A stretch of 64,000 nt of DNA, taken from positions 1,550,001 through 1,614,000 of the forward strand of contig CM022666.1 in assembly GCA_012295275.1 (NCBI GenBank), in the 5' to 3' direction. This DNA is from Chrysomallon squamiferum. Lineage: Eukaryota > Animalia > Mollusca. Shown in pieces: positions 41,353 to 55,852 of the stretch (within the stretch, counting starts at the first letter, position 1; each line of letters begins with the position of its first letter). The notes under the pieces were generated by a model. It was not told where the DNA came from and did not search any database. It was given only the letters and a program-made list of their open reading frames with translations. A program made the position numbers and the translations under genes.

Positions 41353-42960
41353 TGTTTCACAGATGTTCATATATGACGTAATAAACCAGTGCTTGACCGA
41401 TTCTTTACCTCCATGACCTGAGGTTTACCTTGACCCATCCGGATATTCGATGACGTCATTTAGAGTCATATATGTTGAACTAAATCTTTATTTTTTAATT
41501 TAATCTCTTCTGGGGTTGTTGTTGTTTCTTTGATATTTGCCTTCAAAGATTTGTCTGGTGATAAACTCCACACAGTCTACAAGTCATGATTCACCAAGCA
41601 TACCGCACTGTTATATCTCGTTTTAACTCTTCTTACTTTTTTTTTTTTTTCTTTCGTTTTTCATTAGAATTCATTTCTCATCAGAGATAAGCAATACCTA
41701 TATAGGTTGTAGCGACAGAATCATTTTAAATGTTCAGTTGCCTAACAAAATGTTCATAATTTTCGTTCGTCACAGTGTAATTATGAAAGAAAGCAACATA
41801 AGGAAAGCAAATATTTCAGTTTAGTGTTCCAGTAATATGTTTACTAAAAATGTTTTCACAAAAAAAAAAAAAAAAAATAAAAAAAAAAAACATCATCCAG
41901 GCATTAAAAAAGGGTAAGCATTTTTACGTCGAAAACTTATAATTAATGTAGATCATGTATTTCGTTTCGTTTGTGGAAATATTATCAATAACTTTGCCGT
42001 CGTCGATTTTAATATTTTTTATCTGAATTGGTGCTGGTAGCAAACCGTGATCACGAAATCAAATACTGTAATTTTATTCTAATAAGTACATTAAATGTCT
42101 ATAACTGTATCTTTTCATGTTTAATTAATTACCTGTATCTTTATCTAAGATAGAAATTTAATTCCATTCAGTGAATTAGACATCCGGAAAATTTCATTGA
42201 CTTGTTTTGTTTTTTAAAGAGAATTTGATGAACTAAATGAATTAAATGAAAAAATAGTTCACAAGTGCAGACATTTTCGGAATATAGAATTGCATTTACA
42301 CCATCATAGCTCAATTAATTGTAGTACTATATATATATATATATGTAACAAAAATATACGTGTAATTTAGAGATAATGACGTACATATTAAGACTACTAC
42401 TACTACTACAATACTACTTTTCCTGTTGTTGCTGGTGTGTTTTTATATATCAGGTTAATTTGAGTCGTATACCTATTTAATTTTATATGCCTATTCTGTA
42501 CGCTTCATTTTGTATTTATGCACACGCACGTACAAGTATAACTGACACAGACCTTGATTTTCAACTTATTTCGTAGCATTAAAGGACTGTGAATTTGTGA
42601 CACAATTATCACAGTGTTTGTTTACTAAAAGCTGGAGTTACCTTTCTTATTAACTTCTGACTAACTGTTTGTTGAGCGACTCATCAGACTTTGGTCTTCT
42701 AGGTCAAATCTCTTTGTGCAGAACATAAAATGTATTCATTTAAATATTTCTTTATTAGCTCAACCATTACAGTGATACTCTGTACAATGTGCAGCTAATG
42801 ACATTCTGGTAGAATTACTTTATTTTTTTTTTTGTTTCCAATATGATCGGAGCCTTCAAAGTGACAAATTTATTAATAATTTGTTCATTTACTGTAAAAA
42901 GTGTAATATTATTTTTAAACAACTGGTGTTTTTATTATTTCATACAAAAAACCTATAACC

Positions 42961-43014
42961 TTATTGTATTTTGTACTGACAAAGTGTCACTGCTGATGGA
43001 AACACGATAGACAT
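42961..43014 (-). pseudogene. Second severely truncated copy (same breakpoint as the 36499 copy)
   Basis: Identical junction ttgtattttgtactgacaaagtgtcactg; ATG at 43014. Confidence 0.75.
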
Positions 43015-43451
43015 TATTACAGTATCAGCTGATATGTTCAAGTGCAAAGATTTTCATGAAGAAGCAAAGTGTTGTGAAAGCAAAATGTTTGTTACAGCAA
43101 GTGGAAGAGCTCTGAAAGGAATGAAGTCTCTCAGTGTCTGTGGTCTCTATTTATAGACATTTTACTGAAATCCGGACAGCGTGATGGGAAAACGTGAGAT
43201 TGATTCGTTTGAAAGACTGAACCAGACACCTGTCTGGGTCACGTTGCAAGAAAACAACCAAAAAGATTTCATCTTCCCCTTCTTCTTGTTCTTCTTCTTA
43301 TGATTATTATTATTATTATTACGGCTACTACTACTACTACTACTACGACTACTGGTATTGCTGCTGCTCTTCTACTATTATTTGTAGTGTTTAATATCAA
43401 TACTGTAGTATGTGAGTAAAATAAATTTAAAAAAAACATTTAAAAAAATAA

Positions 43452-43484
<33 letters not shown>

Positions 43485-45692
43485 AAAGTCAAGTTGATCA
43501 GTCAGAAGGTGCTTTGCGTTTATGTATCCCTGGAGATGAACTTTAGTCATTTTCCACCTGCGGAATCCAGACCAATTGCGGAATAATTATATATGTAAAA
43601 TTTTACGTCATGACGGTACAGGTTACCGTGGAAACGTGTCGAACATGTTATTAATTGAGCACGTGTATTGACACGGGCTGGTCATTTAGCTATGGCGCAG
43701 ACGTATTACTGATGACCGAACAATACAGGTGACAATACAGGTCACAATACAGGTGACCTTGGAAACGTTACACTACCTTGATTTACTCTTTGTTACTGTA
43801 GTCTAATAAAAAAACAAAACAAAAATAATAATACAATCCACTAAATTCCTAAATATGTTATGTTTACTATTTAAATTAATGGCCTTTTAGATATTTTTAC
43901 CTTCTCTAAGACGAAACTAAAGTGATTTATTTTACAACTGTCTGGACGTTTTTTTTTCCCATGAACGTATTATATAATACAAGCATTCTGATCAAAGCTT
44001 AAGAATCAGATATGTTTTAGTTTCCTCAGAGATTCACACTGACCTTTCTAGACAATTTTATCATTTCAAATAGGTCACAGCTGTTTAGTCTTTTATAATC
44101 CGGTTTTTCTATCTACACCACCATTTAAACATATTAATGAAATACTCTGACTTTACAACACTTTGCATTTAAACCAATGTAGACACATTTCACTAAATTT
44201 ATGGTTAGTAATGTTACTGGTACTTTTAATGATTACCACAGATGGTTCAAGCTTAATACGTCGTTGATATTGACAAACTAATTTATTATTTTATCTATTT
44301 ATTTATTCGGAAATAAATACAAACGGTCATACATACAAACACACACACACACATGCACACATACACATAAACATACACACAAGCATACCTTGTCAATTGT
44401 TGGTCACAGATCTATGCTTATTTATTCATTACAATATTACTTAAATAATTATCAAATGAAGGCGAAGAAGAAGAAGAAATGATCACAGCTTCACAGCTAA
44501 GTAAAACATTTCAAAACATTAATTAATTTCTGGGGAGGGGGGGTAATTTAGTTTACTGTTTAGTACAGAATTAAATTTCAGTATTTATTATTATTATTTT
44601 TTTTTTTGTATGCTACTTTCTTCCAATGATGTTTCTGTGATCTGATAACTTTTTAAAAGACAGTGAAGTCTATGTTTTATTTATTTTTATTTTTTCCTAA
44701 AAATAAAATCACGTTACAACACTTATATGAAACACTTCAGCAGTCAAAATTTAATATTTTCGATTAATTCTATCGAAAAAATTCTTTGAAAAAAAAAAAT
44801 CATCATTTCTCTCATATTATTTTCAGTTATAAACACATGTTTAACTTGTCTATTTTTAGACAACTTTATATTCGTATCTTCTTCTGCTTAATAAAAATAT
44901 TTAAAAAAAATAATAATAATAACTCAGATAAGAAAATATATACACAAATATGAAACATCGCAAAACTATTTGGGGAGTACTAGTTGGAATGTGAAACAGA
45001 CTCAGCGCGCTAAAAGTATATTAGTATCTGGAGTTTAACAGTTCAGAATAATAAAAGTTTAAATTTTAAACGATTTTTCAAAAATATTTGTATTAAGTAA
45101 TTTATTAAGTATATAAAAAATTATTAAATTATATATTGTCATTACTATGTTCCAACATAATCGTATTTTTAGTCTATCAGGCGATTATAAATTATAATTC
45201 TAGTAAAATCGAATGCGTAAATAAAAACAAAGAAGAAGTATATGAGATTAAAATTAATTTATTAATACTAATTGTTTTAGAAGAATACATTTAAAACAGT
45301 ATTTCTTTTCTTCACATTTTTCAATGTAAGTTTTCAACGTTCCGTATCCGTGTTAATATACAAATGGTTTTGGTCTCAGTGTTGTTTCTTTCGGTCTATA
45401 TGGTTCGAAATTGGTGGAGATCTTCAATGTGGAGTTCACTCAGTCCCATGTCTGAAGTGTCCGAAATCAGTTCATGTACATTACGTTTTGTTCCATGTAG
45501 TAGAATCAAATTTACGAGATCATGCAATATCTATGTTCTGTAGTTGAACAGATAATGTTCTGTAGATGAACAGATAATGTTCTGTAGTTGAACGCATAAT
45601 ATTCTGTAGTTGAACCGAGAATGTTCTGTACTTGAACGGATAAGGTTGTTCATCATCTCTTTTGATCAGAGAGCCTGCTGAGAAGAAGAATT

Positions 45693-45796
45693 TCATTTTC
45701 TGTGTGAGTCTTCCTCCTGAATCCCCGATACTGGGAATATTTCCCTGTCAGCGACAGAGTGTTCCAAAAGATACAATCCTCTGCCGCTTTGAGGCA
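45693..45796 (-). pseudogene. C-terminal fragment of the ORF (PQSGRG...EEDSHRK*) lacking its 5' half and promoter
   Basis: Homology stops at gaggcag|tatattag (~45797), where another unit's 3' region begins. Confidence 0.75.
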
Positions 45797-46547
45797 GTAT
45801 ATTAGTATCTGGAGTTTGACTGTTCAGAATAATAAAAGTTTAAATTTTAAACGATTTTTCAAAAATATTTGTATTAAGTAATTTATCAAGTATATAAAAA
45901 TTATTAAATTATATATTGTGATTACTATGTTCCAACATAATCGTATTTTTAGCCTATCAGACGATCAGTTACTTTTTCTCAGTACAACAAAAAGATAGAA
46001 AGAGAGAATAATAAAATGAGAGGGAAAGGCAAATACAATTTTCTTAAGTTGATAAATAATTCTAGTTAAATTATAACCATATATAAAAACAAACAAGTAT
46101 ATGAGATTAATATTAATTTATTAATACTAATTGTTTTAAAAGAATACATTTAAAACAGTATTTCTTTTTTTTTTACGTTTTTCAATGTGAGTTTTCAACG
46201 TTCCGTGTCCGTGTTAATATACAAATGGTTTTGATCTCAGTGTTGTTTAGTTTGGTCCATGAGCAAGATGGAATTCGGGTACCAAACTGGTGAAGAACTT
46301 CAATGAGGATTTTGGTTTGTCCTATGTCTGAAGTGTCCGAAATTAGTTGATGTACTTTTCTTATTCAATCGCTGGCTGCAGAATTTTGTCCGATGTGGTA
46401 AATCTAAATTTACGTGAAATCATGCAAAATCTATGTCTTTAGTTGAACCGATAATGTTCTGTAGTTGAACAGATAATGTTCTGTAGTTGAACAGATAATG
46501 TTGTTCATCATCTCTTTTGATCAGAGAGCCTGCTGAGAAGAAGAATT

Positions 46548-46736
46548 TCATTTTCTGTGTGAGTCTTCCTCCTGAATCCGCCATACTGGGAACATTTCCC
46601 TGTCAGCGACAGAATGTTCCAAAAGATACAGTCCTCTGCCGCTTTGAGGCATGTCCACGTCCATAGTGAAGACGTCGTCATTGTCTTGTGTGTTGTACTG
46701 ACAAAGAGTCACTGCTGATGGAAACACGATAGACAT
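46548..46736 (-). CDS. Putative 62-aa micropeptide (MSIVFPSAVTLCQYNTQDNDDVFTMDVDMPQSGRGLYLLEHSVADREMFPVWRIQEEDSHRK)
   Basis: ATG at 46736, TATA at 46870-46877, intact frame. Confidence 0.55.
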   Translation of the reverse strand: MSIVFPSAVTLCQYNTQDNDDVFTMDVDMPQSGRGLYLLEHSVADREMFPVWRIQEEDSHRK

Positions 46737-47024
46737 TATTGCAGTATTAGCTGATATATTCAAGGGCAAAGAATTTCGTGAACAAGCAAAGTGTTGTGAA
46801 AGCAAAATGTTTGTTACAGCAAGTGGAAGAGCTCTGAAAGGAATGAAATCTCTCAGTGTCTGTGGTCTCTATTTATAGACATTTTACTGAAATCCGGACA
46901 GCGTGATGGGAAAACGTGAGATTGATTCGTTTGAAAGACTGAACGAGACACCTGTCTGGGTCACGTTGCAAGAAAACAACCAAAAAGATTTCATCTTCCC
47001 CTTCTTCGTCTTCTTCTTCTTATG

Positions 47025-47083
<59 letters not shown>

Positions 47084-49328
47084 GATTATTATTATTATTA
47101 TTATTATTATTATAAGAATAATAATAATTAAAAAAGTCAAGATGGTCAGTCACAAGGTGCTTTGCGTTTATGTATCCCTGGAGATGAACTTTAGTCATTT
47201 TCCACCTGCAGAATCCAGACCAATTGCGGAATAATTATATATGTAAAATTTTACGTCATGACGGTACAGGTTACCGTAGAAACGTGTCGAAAATGTTATT
47301 AATTGAGCACGTGTATTTACACGGGCTGGTCATTTAGCTATGGCGCAGACGTATTACTGATGACCGAACAATACAGGTGACAATACAGGTGACAATACAG
47401 GAAACGTTACAATTCCTTGTTTTTGTCTTTGTTACAGAAGTCTAATACAAAAATTATAATAATAATAATAATAAAATCCACTAAATTCCTAAATATGTTA
47501 TGTTTACTATTTAAATTAATGGCCTTTTACTTATTTTTACCTTCTCTAAGACGAAACTAAAGTGATTTATTTTACAACTGTCTGGACGTTTTTTTTCCCC
47601 ATGAACGTATTATATAATACAGGCATTCTGATCAAAGCTTAAGAATCAGATATGTGTTAGTTTCCTCAGAGATTCACACTGACCTTTTTAGACAATTTTA
47701 TCATTTCAAATAGGTCACAGCTGTTTAGTATGTTGTAATCCGATTTTTCTATCTACACCACCATTTCAACCTATTAATGAAATACTCTGAGTTTACAACA
47801 CTTTACATTTAAACCTATGTAGACACATTTAACTAATTGTATGGTTGGTAATGTTACTGATACTTTTAACGAATAATACAGAAGATTCAACCTTAAACAG
47901 TCGTTGATACTGATAAACTCATTTATTATTTATTTATTTATTTATTCGTAAATAAATACAAACGTTCATACATACAAACACACACACACACATGCACACA
48001 TACACATAAACATACACACAAGCATACCTTGTCAACTGTTGGTCACAGATCTATGCTTATTTATTCATTACAATATTACTTAAATAATTATCAAATTAAG
48101 AAGAAGAAATGATCACAGTTTCACACCTTAGGAAAAAAATTCAAAACATTAATTAATTTCTGGGGAGGGGGGTAATTTAGTTTACTGTTTAGTAAAGAAT
48201 TAAATTTCAGTATTTATTATTATTAATTTTTTTTTTTGTATGCTACTTTCTTCCAATGATGTTTCTGTGATCTGATAACTTTTTAAAAAACAGTGAAGTC
48301 TATGTTTTATTTATTTATTTTTTTTTTTTACTAAAAATAAAATCACGTTACAACACTTATATGAAACACTTCAGCAGTCAAAATTTAATATTTTCGATTA
48401 ATTCTATCGAAAACATTCTTTGAAAAAAAAAATCATCATTTCTCTCATATTATTTTCAGTTATAAACACATGTTTAACATGTCTATTTTTAGACAACTTT
48501 ATATTCGTATCTTCTTCTGCTTAATAAAAATATTTAAAAAAAATAATAATAATAACAACTCAGATAAGAAAATATATACACAAATATGAAACATCGCAAA
48601 ACTATTTGGGGAGTACTAGTTGGAATGTGAAACAGACTCAGCGCGCTAAAAGTATATTAGTATCTGGAGTTTAACAGTTCAGAATAATAAAAGTTTAAAT
48701 TTTAAACGATTTTTCAAAAATATTTGTATTAAGTAATTTATTAAGTATATAAAAAATTATTAAATTATATATTGGCATTACTATGTTCCAACATAATCGT
48801 ATTTTTAGTCTATCAGGCGATTATAAATTATAATTCTAGTAAAATCGTAAGCGTAAATAAAAACAAAGAAGAAGTATATGAGATTAAAATTAATTTATTA
48901 ATACTAATTGTTTTAAAAGAATACATTTACAACAGTATTTCTTTTCTTCACATTTTTCAATGTAAGTTTTCAACGTTCCGTGTCCGTGTTAATATACAAA
49001 TGGTTTTGGTCTCAGTGTTGTTTCTTTCGGTCTATATGGTTCGAAATTGGTGGAGATCTTCAATGTGGAGTTCACTCAGTCCCATGTCTGAAGTGTCCGA
49101 AATCAGTTCATGTACATTACGTTTTGTTCCATGTAGTAGAATCAAATTTACGAGATCATGCAATATCTATGTTCTGTAGTTGAACAGATAATGTTCTGTA
49201 GATGAACAGATAATGTTCTGTAGTTGAACGCATAATATTCTGTAGTTGAACCGAGAATGTTCTGTATTTGAACGGATAATGTTGTTCATCATCTCTTTTG
49301 ATCAGAGAGCCTGCTGAGAAGAAGAATT

Positions 49329-49517
49329 TCATTTTCTGTATGAGTCTTCCTCCTGAATCCCCGATACTGGGAACATTTCCCTGTCAGCGGCAGAGTGTTC
49401 CAAAAGATACAATCCTCTGCCGCTTTGAGGCATGTCCACGTCCATAGTGAAGACGTCGTCGTTGTCTTGTGTGTTGTACTGACAAAGAGTCACTGCTGAT
49501 GGAAACACGATAGACAT
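49329..49517 (-). CDS. Full-length 62-codon copy whose TATA/Inr was removed by the inversion at ~49595
   Basis: ATG at 49517; leader homology ends at ~49594. Confidence 0.4.
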   Translation of the reverse strand: MSIVFPSAVTLCQYNTQDNDDVFTMDVDMPQSGRGLYLLEHSAADREMFPVSGIQEEDSYRK

Positions 49518-49597
49518 TATTGCAGTATCAGCTGATATATTCAAGGGCAAAGAATTTCGTGAACAAGCAAAGTGTTGTGAAAGCAAAATGTTTGATA

Positions 49598-50126
49598 CTG
49601 TTCCCAGTATCGCGGATTCAGGAGGAAGACTCACACTGAAAATGAAATTCTTCTTGTCAGCAGGCTCTGTGATCAAAAGATACGATGAACAACCTTATCG
49701 GTTCAGCTACAGAATATTATCGGTTCAACTACAGAACATTATCTGTTCAACCACAGAACATTATCTGTCCAACTACAGAACATTATCGAATCAACTACAG
49801 AACATTATCTGTCCAACTACAGAACTTTATCTGTTCAACCACAGACGTAGAAAATGCATGATATCACGTAAATTTAGTTTTACCAATTCGGACAAAATTC
49901 TGGAGGCAACGATTGTATAAGAAAAGTACATCAACTAATTTCGGACACTTCAGACATAGGAGAAACTAAAATCCACATTGAAGCTCTTCACCAGTTTGGT
50001 ACCCGAATTCTATCTTGCTGATGGACCAAACTAAACAACACTCAGATCAAAACCATTTGTATATTAACGCGGACACCGAAAGTTGAAAACTCACATTGAA
50101 AAACGTAAAAAAAAGAAATACTGTTG

Positions 50127-50130
<4 letters not shown>
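49598..50130 (+). pseudogene. Inverted C-terminal ORF fragment with minisatellite and 3' region
   Basis: tgttcccagtatcgcggattcaggaggaagactcacactgaaaatga followed by ~7 minisatellite units, opposite in orientation to 48930-49376. Confidence 0.8.
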
Positions 50131-50131
<1 letters not shown>

Positions 50132-50189
<58 letters not shown>

Positions 50190-50454
50190 GAGAAGTGGAG
50201 AGAAAGAAAGAGAGAGAACAAGAGAAAAAAGAAATACGCAAACAGAAGAACAAATAAAAAATAGATATATGGAAAGTGAGGAAGAAAGAAGAAAGAGAGA
50301 GGGATGGATGGGTGGAAGGAGGGAGAGAAGGAGAGAGAGACATACAGAGAGAAATAAATAGAGAAAGAAAAAGAAAGACTGAACATTTTAAAAGAGATAG
50401 GGAAATGGACAAGAGAAAGAGGGAGAGAAAACGAAAACAGGGAGATAGAAAACC

Positions 50455-50517
<63 letters not shown>

Positions 50518-51040
50518 GTGGAGAGAAAGAAAGAGAAAGAACAAGAGAAAAAATAAATACGGAAACAGAAGAAGAAATAAAAAAGAGATATATGGAAAGA
50601 GAGGAAGAACGAAGAAAGAGAGAGGGATGGATGGATGGAGGGAGGGAGAGAAGGAGAGAAAGACAGACAGAGAGTCTGTTTGTATGCTTATATCTATCTT
50701 CCTCTTTTAAAAAATGTGACTTTCTTAGTTACCGGGGTTCTTTTTGTCGAGCTTTATTTTTTTTTTTTATTTTTTTTTTTGGATCTTTTGCACACATGGC
50801 AGCTGCTAAAAAATTATCACCATTGGTCACCATAATATTCATCTGAGATAAAACATATGGGCGTTCGTGTATTGGTATCTACGTGTGCGTGTATCTATGG
50901 ATACGTTGTATATATGTAACTAGGTATGTATGTAACTATGTATGTATGTATGTATGTATGTATGTATGTATGTATGTATGTATGTATGTATGTATGTATG
51001 TATGTATGTATGAATGTATGTATGTATGTATGCATGTATG

Positions 51041-51072
<32 letters not shown>

Positions 51073-51310
51073 CATGTACGTATGTATATATGTATGTACG
51101 TATGTATGTATGTACGTTTGTGTATATGTATATCTATGTATTGTTTGTGTATTTATTTTGTATATAAGTGCATGTTTATTTACGTTAAGTATATATATGT
51201 GTATGTATGTATGTTTGTATGTATTGTTCGTATGTGTCTTAATGAATGAAATGTATATATGTATGTATGCAGTTTACATATGAATGTGTGCATGTGTGTG
51301 CATGTGTGTC
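50132..51310. repeat. (AG)n / purine-rich / (TATG)n cassette; copies at ~53033-53880 and inverted at ~58270-58890
   Basis: Shared unique core gcagctgctaaaaaattatcaccattggtcaccataatattc in all three. Confidence 0.88.
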
Positions 51311-51341
51311 ATTGACCAACGTGACTTTTTTTAAATATTAC

Positions 51342-51389
<48 letters not shown>

Positions 51390-51593
51390 CATCATCATTA
51401 ATATTATTATTATTAATTTGTTTTAAATGTTTTGGTTTTTTGATATTACTCACATACTACAGTATTGATATTACAGACTACAAATACTAGTAGGAGCAGC
51501 AACAGCAACACCAAAAATCGTAATAGTAGCAGTAGAAGTAATAATAATAATAACAGCAATAGCAGCAACAACAACAACAACAACAGCAACAAC

Positions 51594-51625
<32 letters not shown>

Positions 51626-51932
51626 GAAGAAGAAGAAGAAGAAGAAGAAGAAGAAGAAGACGAAAAAGGGGAAGACGAAATCTTTTTCCTTGTTTTCTTC
51701 CAGCGTGACTCAGACAGGTGTCTCATTCATTCTTTCAAACGAATCAAACTGACATTTTCCAGTCACGCTGTCGTGATGTCCGTAAAATGACTATAAATAC
51801 AGACCACAGACACTGAGAGACTTCATTCCTTGCAGAGCTCTTCCACTTGCTGTAACAAACATTTTGCTTTCACGACACTTTGCTTGTTCACGGAAATCTT
51901 TGCACTTGAATATATCAGCTCATACTGTAATA

Positions 51933-52121
51933 ATGTCTATAGTGCTTCCATCAGCAGTGACTCTTTGTCTGTACAACACACAAGACAACGACGACGTCTT
52001 CACTATGGACGTATACATGCGTCAAAGCGGCAGAAGATTGAATATTTTGGAACACTCTGTCGCTGACAGGGAAATGTTCCCAGTATCGCGGATTCAGGAG
52101 GAAGACTCACACAGAAAATGA
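51933..52121 (+). CDS. Putative 62-aa micropeptide (MSIVLPSAVTLCLYNTQDNDDVFTMDVYMRQSGRRLNILEHSVADREMFPVSRIQEEDSHRK)
   Basis: ATG at 51933, TATA at 51792, intact frame, ~6 minisatellite units downstream. Confidence 0.55.
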   Translation: MSIVLPSAVTLCLYNTQDNDDVFTMDVYMRQSGRRLNILEHSVADREMFPVSRIQEEDSHRK

Positions 52122-52876
52122 AATTCTTCTTGTCAGCAGGCTCTGTGATCAAAAGACACGATGAACAACCTTATCGGTTCAGCTACAGAATATTATCGGT
52201 TCAACTACAGAACATTATCTGTTCGACTACAGAACATTATCGGATCAACTACAGAACATTATCGGTTCAACTACAGAACATTATCGGTTCAACCACAGAT
52301 GTAGAAAATGCATGATTTCACGTAAATTTAGTTTTACCAATTCGGACAAAATTCTGGAGGCAACCATTGAATGAGAAAAGTACATCAACTAATTTCGGAC
52401 ACTTCAGACATAGGACAAACCAAAATCCTCATTGAAGTTCTTAACCAGTTTGGTACCCGAATTCCATCTTGTTCATGGACCAAAGAAAACAACACTGAGA
52501 TCAAAACCATTTGTATATTAACACGGACACGGAACGTTGAAAACTGACATTGAAAAACGTAAAAAAAAAGAAATACTGTTGTAAATGTATTGTTTTAATC
52601 CAACTAGTATTAATAAATTAATATTAATCTCATACACTTGTTTGTTTTTATATATGCTTATGCTTTAACTAAAATTATTTATCAACTTAAGAAAATTGTG
52701 TTTGGAATTCCCTTTCATTTTATCATTCTCTCTTTCTATCTTGTTTTAAATGTTTTGGTTTTTTGATATTACTCACATGCTACAGTATTGATATTACAGA
52801 CTACAAATACTAGTAGCAGCAGTAACAGCAACACCAGCAGTCGTAGTAGTAGTAGTAGCAGTAATAATAATAACAA

Positions 52877-52908
<32 letters not shown>

Positions 52909-53029
52909 ACAACAATAATAAGAAGAAGAAGAAGAAGAAAAAGAACAAGAACAAGAACAAGAAGTAGAACAAGACAAGAATAAGGGAAGACGAAATCTTT
53001 TTTCTTGTTTTCTCGCAACGTGACGCAGC

Positions 53030-53129
<100 letters not shown>

Positions 53130-53902
53130 CATCTCAGAGAGAAAGAGAGAGAACAAGAGAAAAAATAAATACGCAAACAGAAGAAGAAATAAAAAAGAGA
53201 TATATGGAAAGAGAGGAAGAACGAAGAAAGAGAGAGGGATGGATGGATGGAGGGAGGGAGAGAAGGAGAGAAAGACAGACAGAGAGTCTGTTTTTATGCT
53301 TATATCTATCTTCCTCTTTTAAAAAATGTGACTTTCTTAGTTACCGGGATTCTTTTTGTCGAGCTTTATTTTTTATTTATTTTTTTATTTTGTTTTTTTT
53401 CGATCCTTTTCACACATGGCAGCTGCTAAAAAATTATCACCATTGGTCACCATAATATTCATCTGAGATAAAACATATGTGCGTTCGTGTATTGGTATCT
53501 ACGTGTGCGTGTATCTATGGATACGTTGTAATATATGTAACTAGGTATGTATGTAACTATGTATGTATGTAAAAAAAATGTATGTATGTATGTATTTATG
53601 TTATTTTTATTTTTTTTTATTTTTTTTTTTTGTATGTATGTAAAAATGTATGTATGTATGTATGTATGTATGTATGTGTGTTCGTATGTATGTATGTATG
53701 TATGTATGTATGTATGTATGTATGTATGTATGTATGTATGTATGTATGTATGTATGTATGTATGTATGTATGTATGTATGTATGTATGTATGTATGTATG
53801 TATGTATGTATGTATGCATGTATGTATGTATGTATGCAGTTTACATATGAATGTGTGCATGTGTGTGCATGTGTATCATTGACCAACGTGGGTTTTTTTA
53901 AA

Positions 53903-53972
<70 letters not shown>

Positions 53973-54145
53973 TTGTTTTAAATGTTTTGGTTTTTTGATA
54001 TTACTCACATGCTACAGTATTGATATTACAGACTACAAATACTAGTAGCAGCTGGAACAGCAACACCAAAAGTCGTAATAGTAGTAATAGCAGTAATGAT
54101 AATAATAACAGCAATAGCAGCAGCAACAACAACAACAACAGGAAC

Positions 54146-54180
<35 letters not shown>

Positions 54181-54478
54181 GAAGAAGAAGAAGAAGAAGA
54201 AGAAGACGAAAAAGGGGAAGACGAAATCTTTTTTCTTGTTTTCTTGCAACGTGACTCAAACAGGTGTCTGGTTCAGTCTTTCAAACGAATCAAACTCATC
54301 TTCTCCCGTCACGCTGTCCATGTGTCAGTAAAATGTCTATAAATACAGACCACAGACACTGAGAGACTTCATTCCTTGCAGAGCTCTTCCAGTTGCTGTA
54401 ACAAACATTTTGCTTTCACAACAGTTTGCTTCTTCACGAAAACCTTTCCACTTGAACATATCAGCTCATACTGTAATA

Positions 54479-54622
54479 ATGTCTATCGTGTTTCCATCAG
54501 CAGTGACTATTTGTCTGTACAACCCACAAGACAACGACGACGTCTTCACTATGGACGTAGACATGCCTCAAAGCGGCAGAGGAGAGAGAAGGAAAAAGGA
54601 AGGCAGAGAAAAAAGAAAATGA
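54479..54622 (+). pseudogene. Truncated copy with a new basic tail (…DDVFTMDVDMPQSGRG + ERRKKEGREKRK*)
   Basis: ATG at 54479, TATA at 54338; homology ends at ~54583. Confidence 0.7.
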
Positions 54623-55797
54623 CGGAAAAGGAGAGACAAACTGAAACTAATTTCAGAAGTGGAACTATGACAACAAGATCTTTTAAAAAAATTATTTTAT
54701 TTATATTACATTTATCCTCTTCTTATATTTGTACGAAAGATCTTCACTTTCTCTAACACTTCTAGAAACTTCTCTCATTTTTTATAAACACACACTCACA
54801 AATACACACACATACAGACACAAACACACACACACACACACACAACACGAACACACACACACACTCAGAAACAAACACACACACAAATACAAACACACAT
54901 ACACATACAAACACACACACACATACACACACACACACACACCACAAAAGCATTTATTTTCATCTTTACATTCAAAAATGAATCTGCGTATATTCAGACA
55001 CACACATATATATATATTTCTCTTTTGTGAAAGTTTTATTTTCAATACTTACTGAAAATTTATTACATTCTTTTTCCAGGTATTTCACGAAGCAATCTCT
55101 AAAGTAACAAAAAAAAAAAAATAAATAAATAAATAAACAGATTGGAAAAAAAAAATTCATAACTGTTATTTGTTAACTGTTTTTCAGATATTTGATAAAA
55201 AATTTTTTATCGTTATTCTGTTGCTAGCTTACAGAATCGAACGAATTTTTTTCTTTATTTTTTATTCCATGCAATATGTTCTTTCTTTCATGTTTCTGTA
55301 GTCTTTCTTATTTGCTTTCTCGTTGCCTTTCTTTTTTTATTTCGTTTTAATTTCTTTCTTTCTGTATTTTCTTACTTTATTTTTTCTTCTTTCTTTCTTT
55401 TCTCTTTTATACTTCGTCCATTTTTTTTCCACTTCTGTTTATCATTTTATTCTTTGTCTTTTTTCTTTTGCTTTTCGTTTTACTTAATTTATTTTTCTGT
55501 TATTATAATTATTATTATTTATTATTACTTTTTTCCAGTTCTTTCTGTCCTTGTTACTTCGCACCTACGCAAAAATTAATAATCATCTTCGTTATTTTCG
55601 TACGTAAGTACGTCATCGAATTCCACAGTATTCTACATTTTCAGATCGTTGCTATTTAAATCTCACGTTTTCGTGCACCCAGCACTCGGAACGTTTTCTC
55701 GTTTAAATACATAGAAACAAGTTTAGCTGATATTTAAATATAAGAATATATATATACACTGTCATCTGATATCTATATGTATATTTATCTATCTATC

Positions 55798-55852
<55 letters not shown>

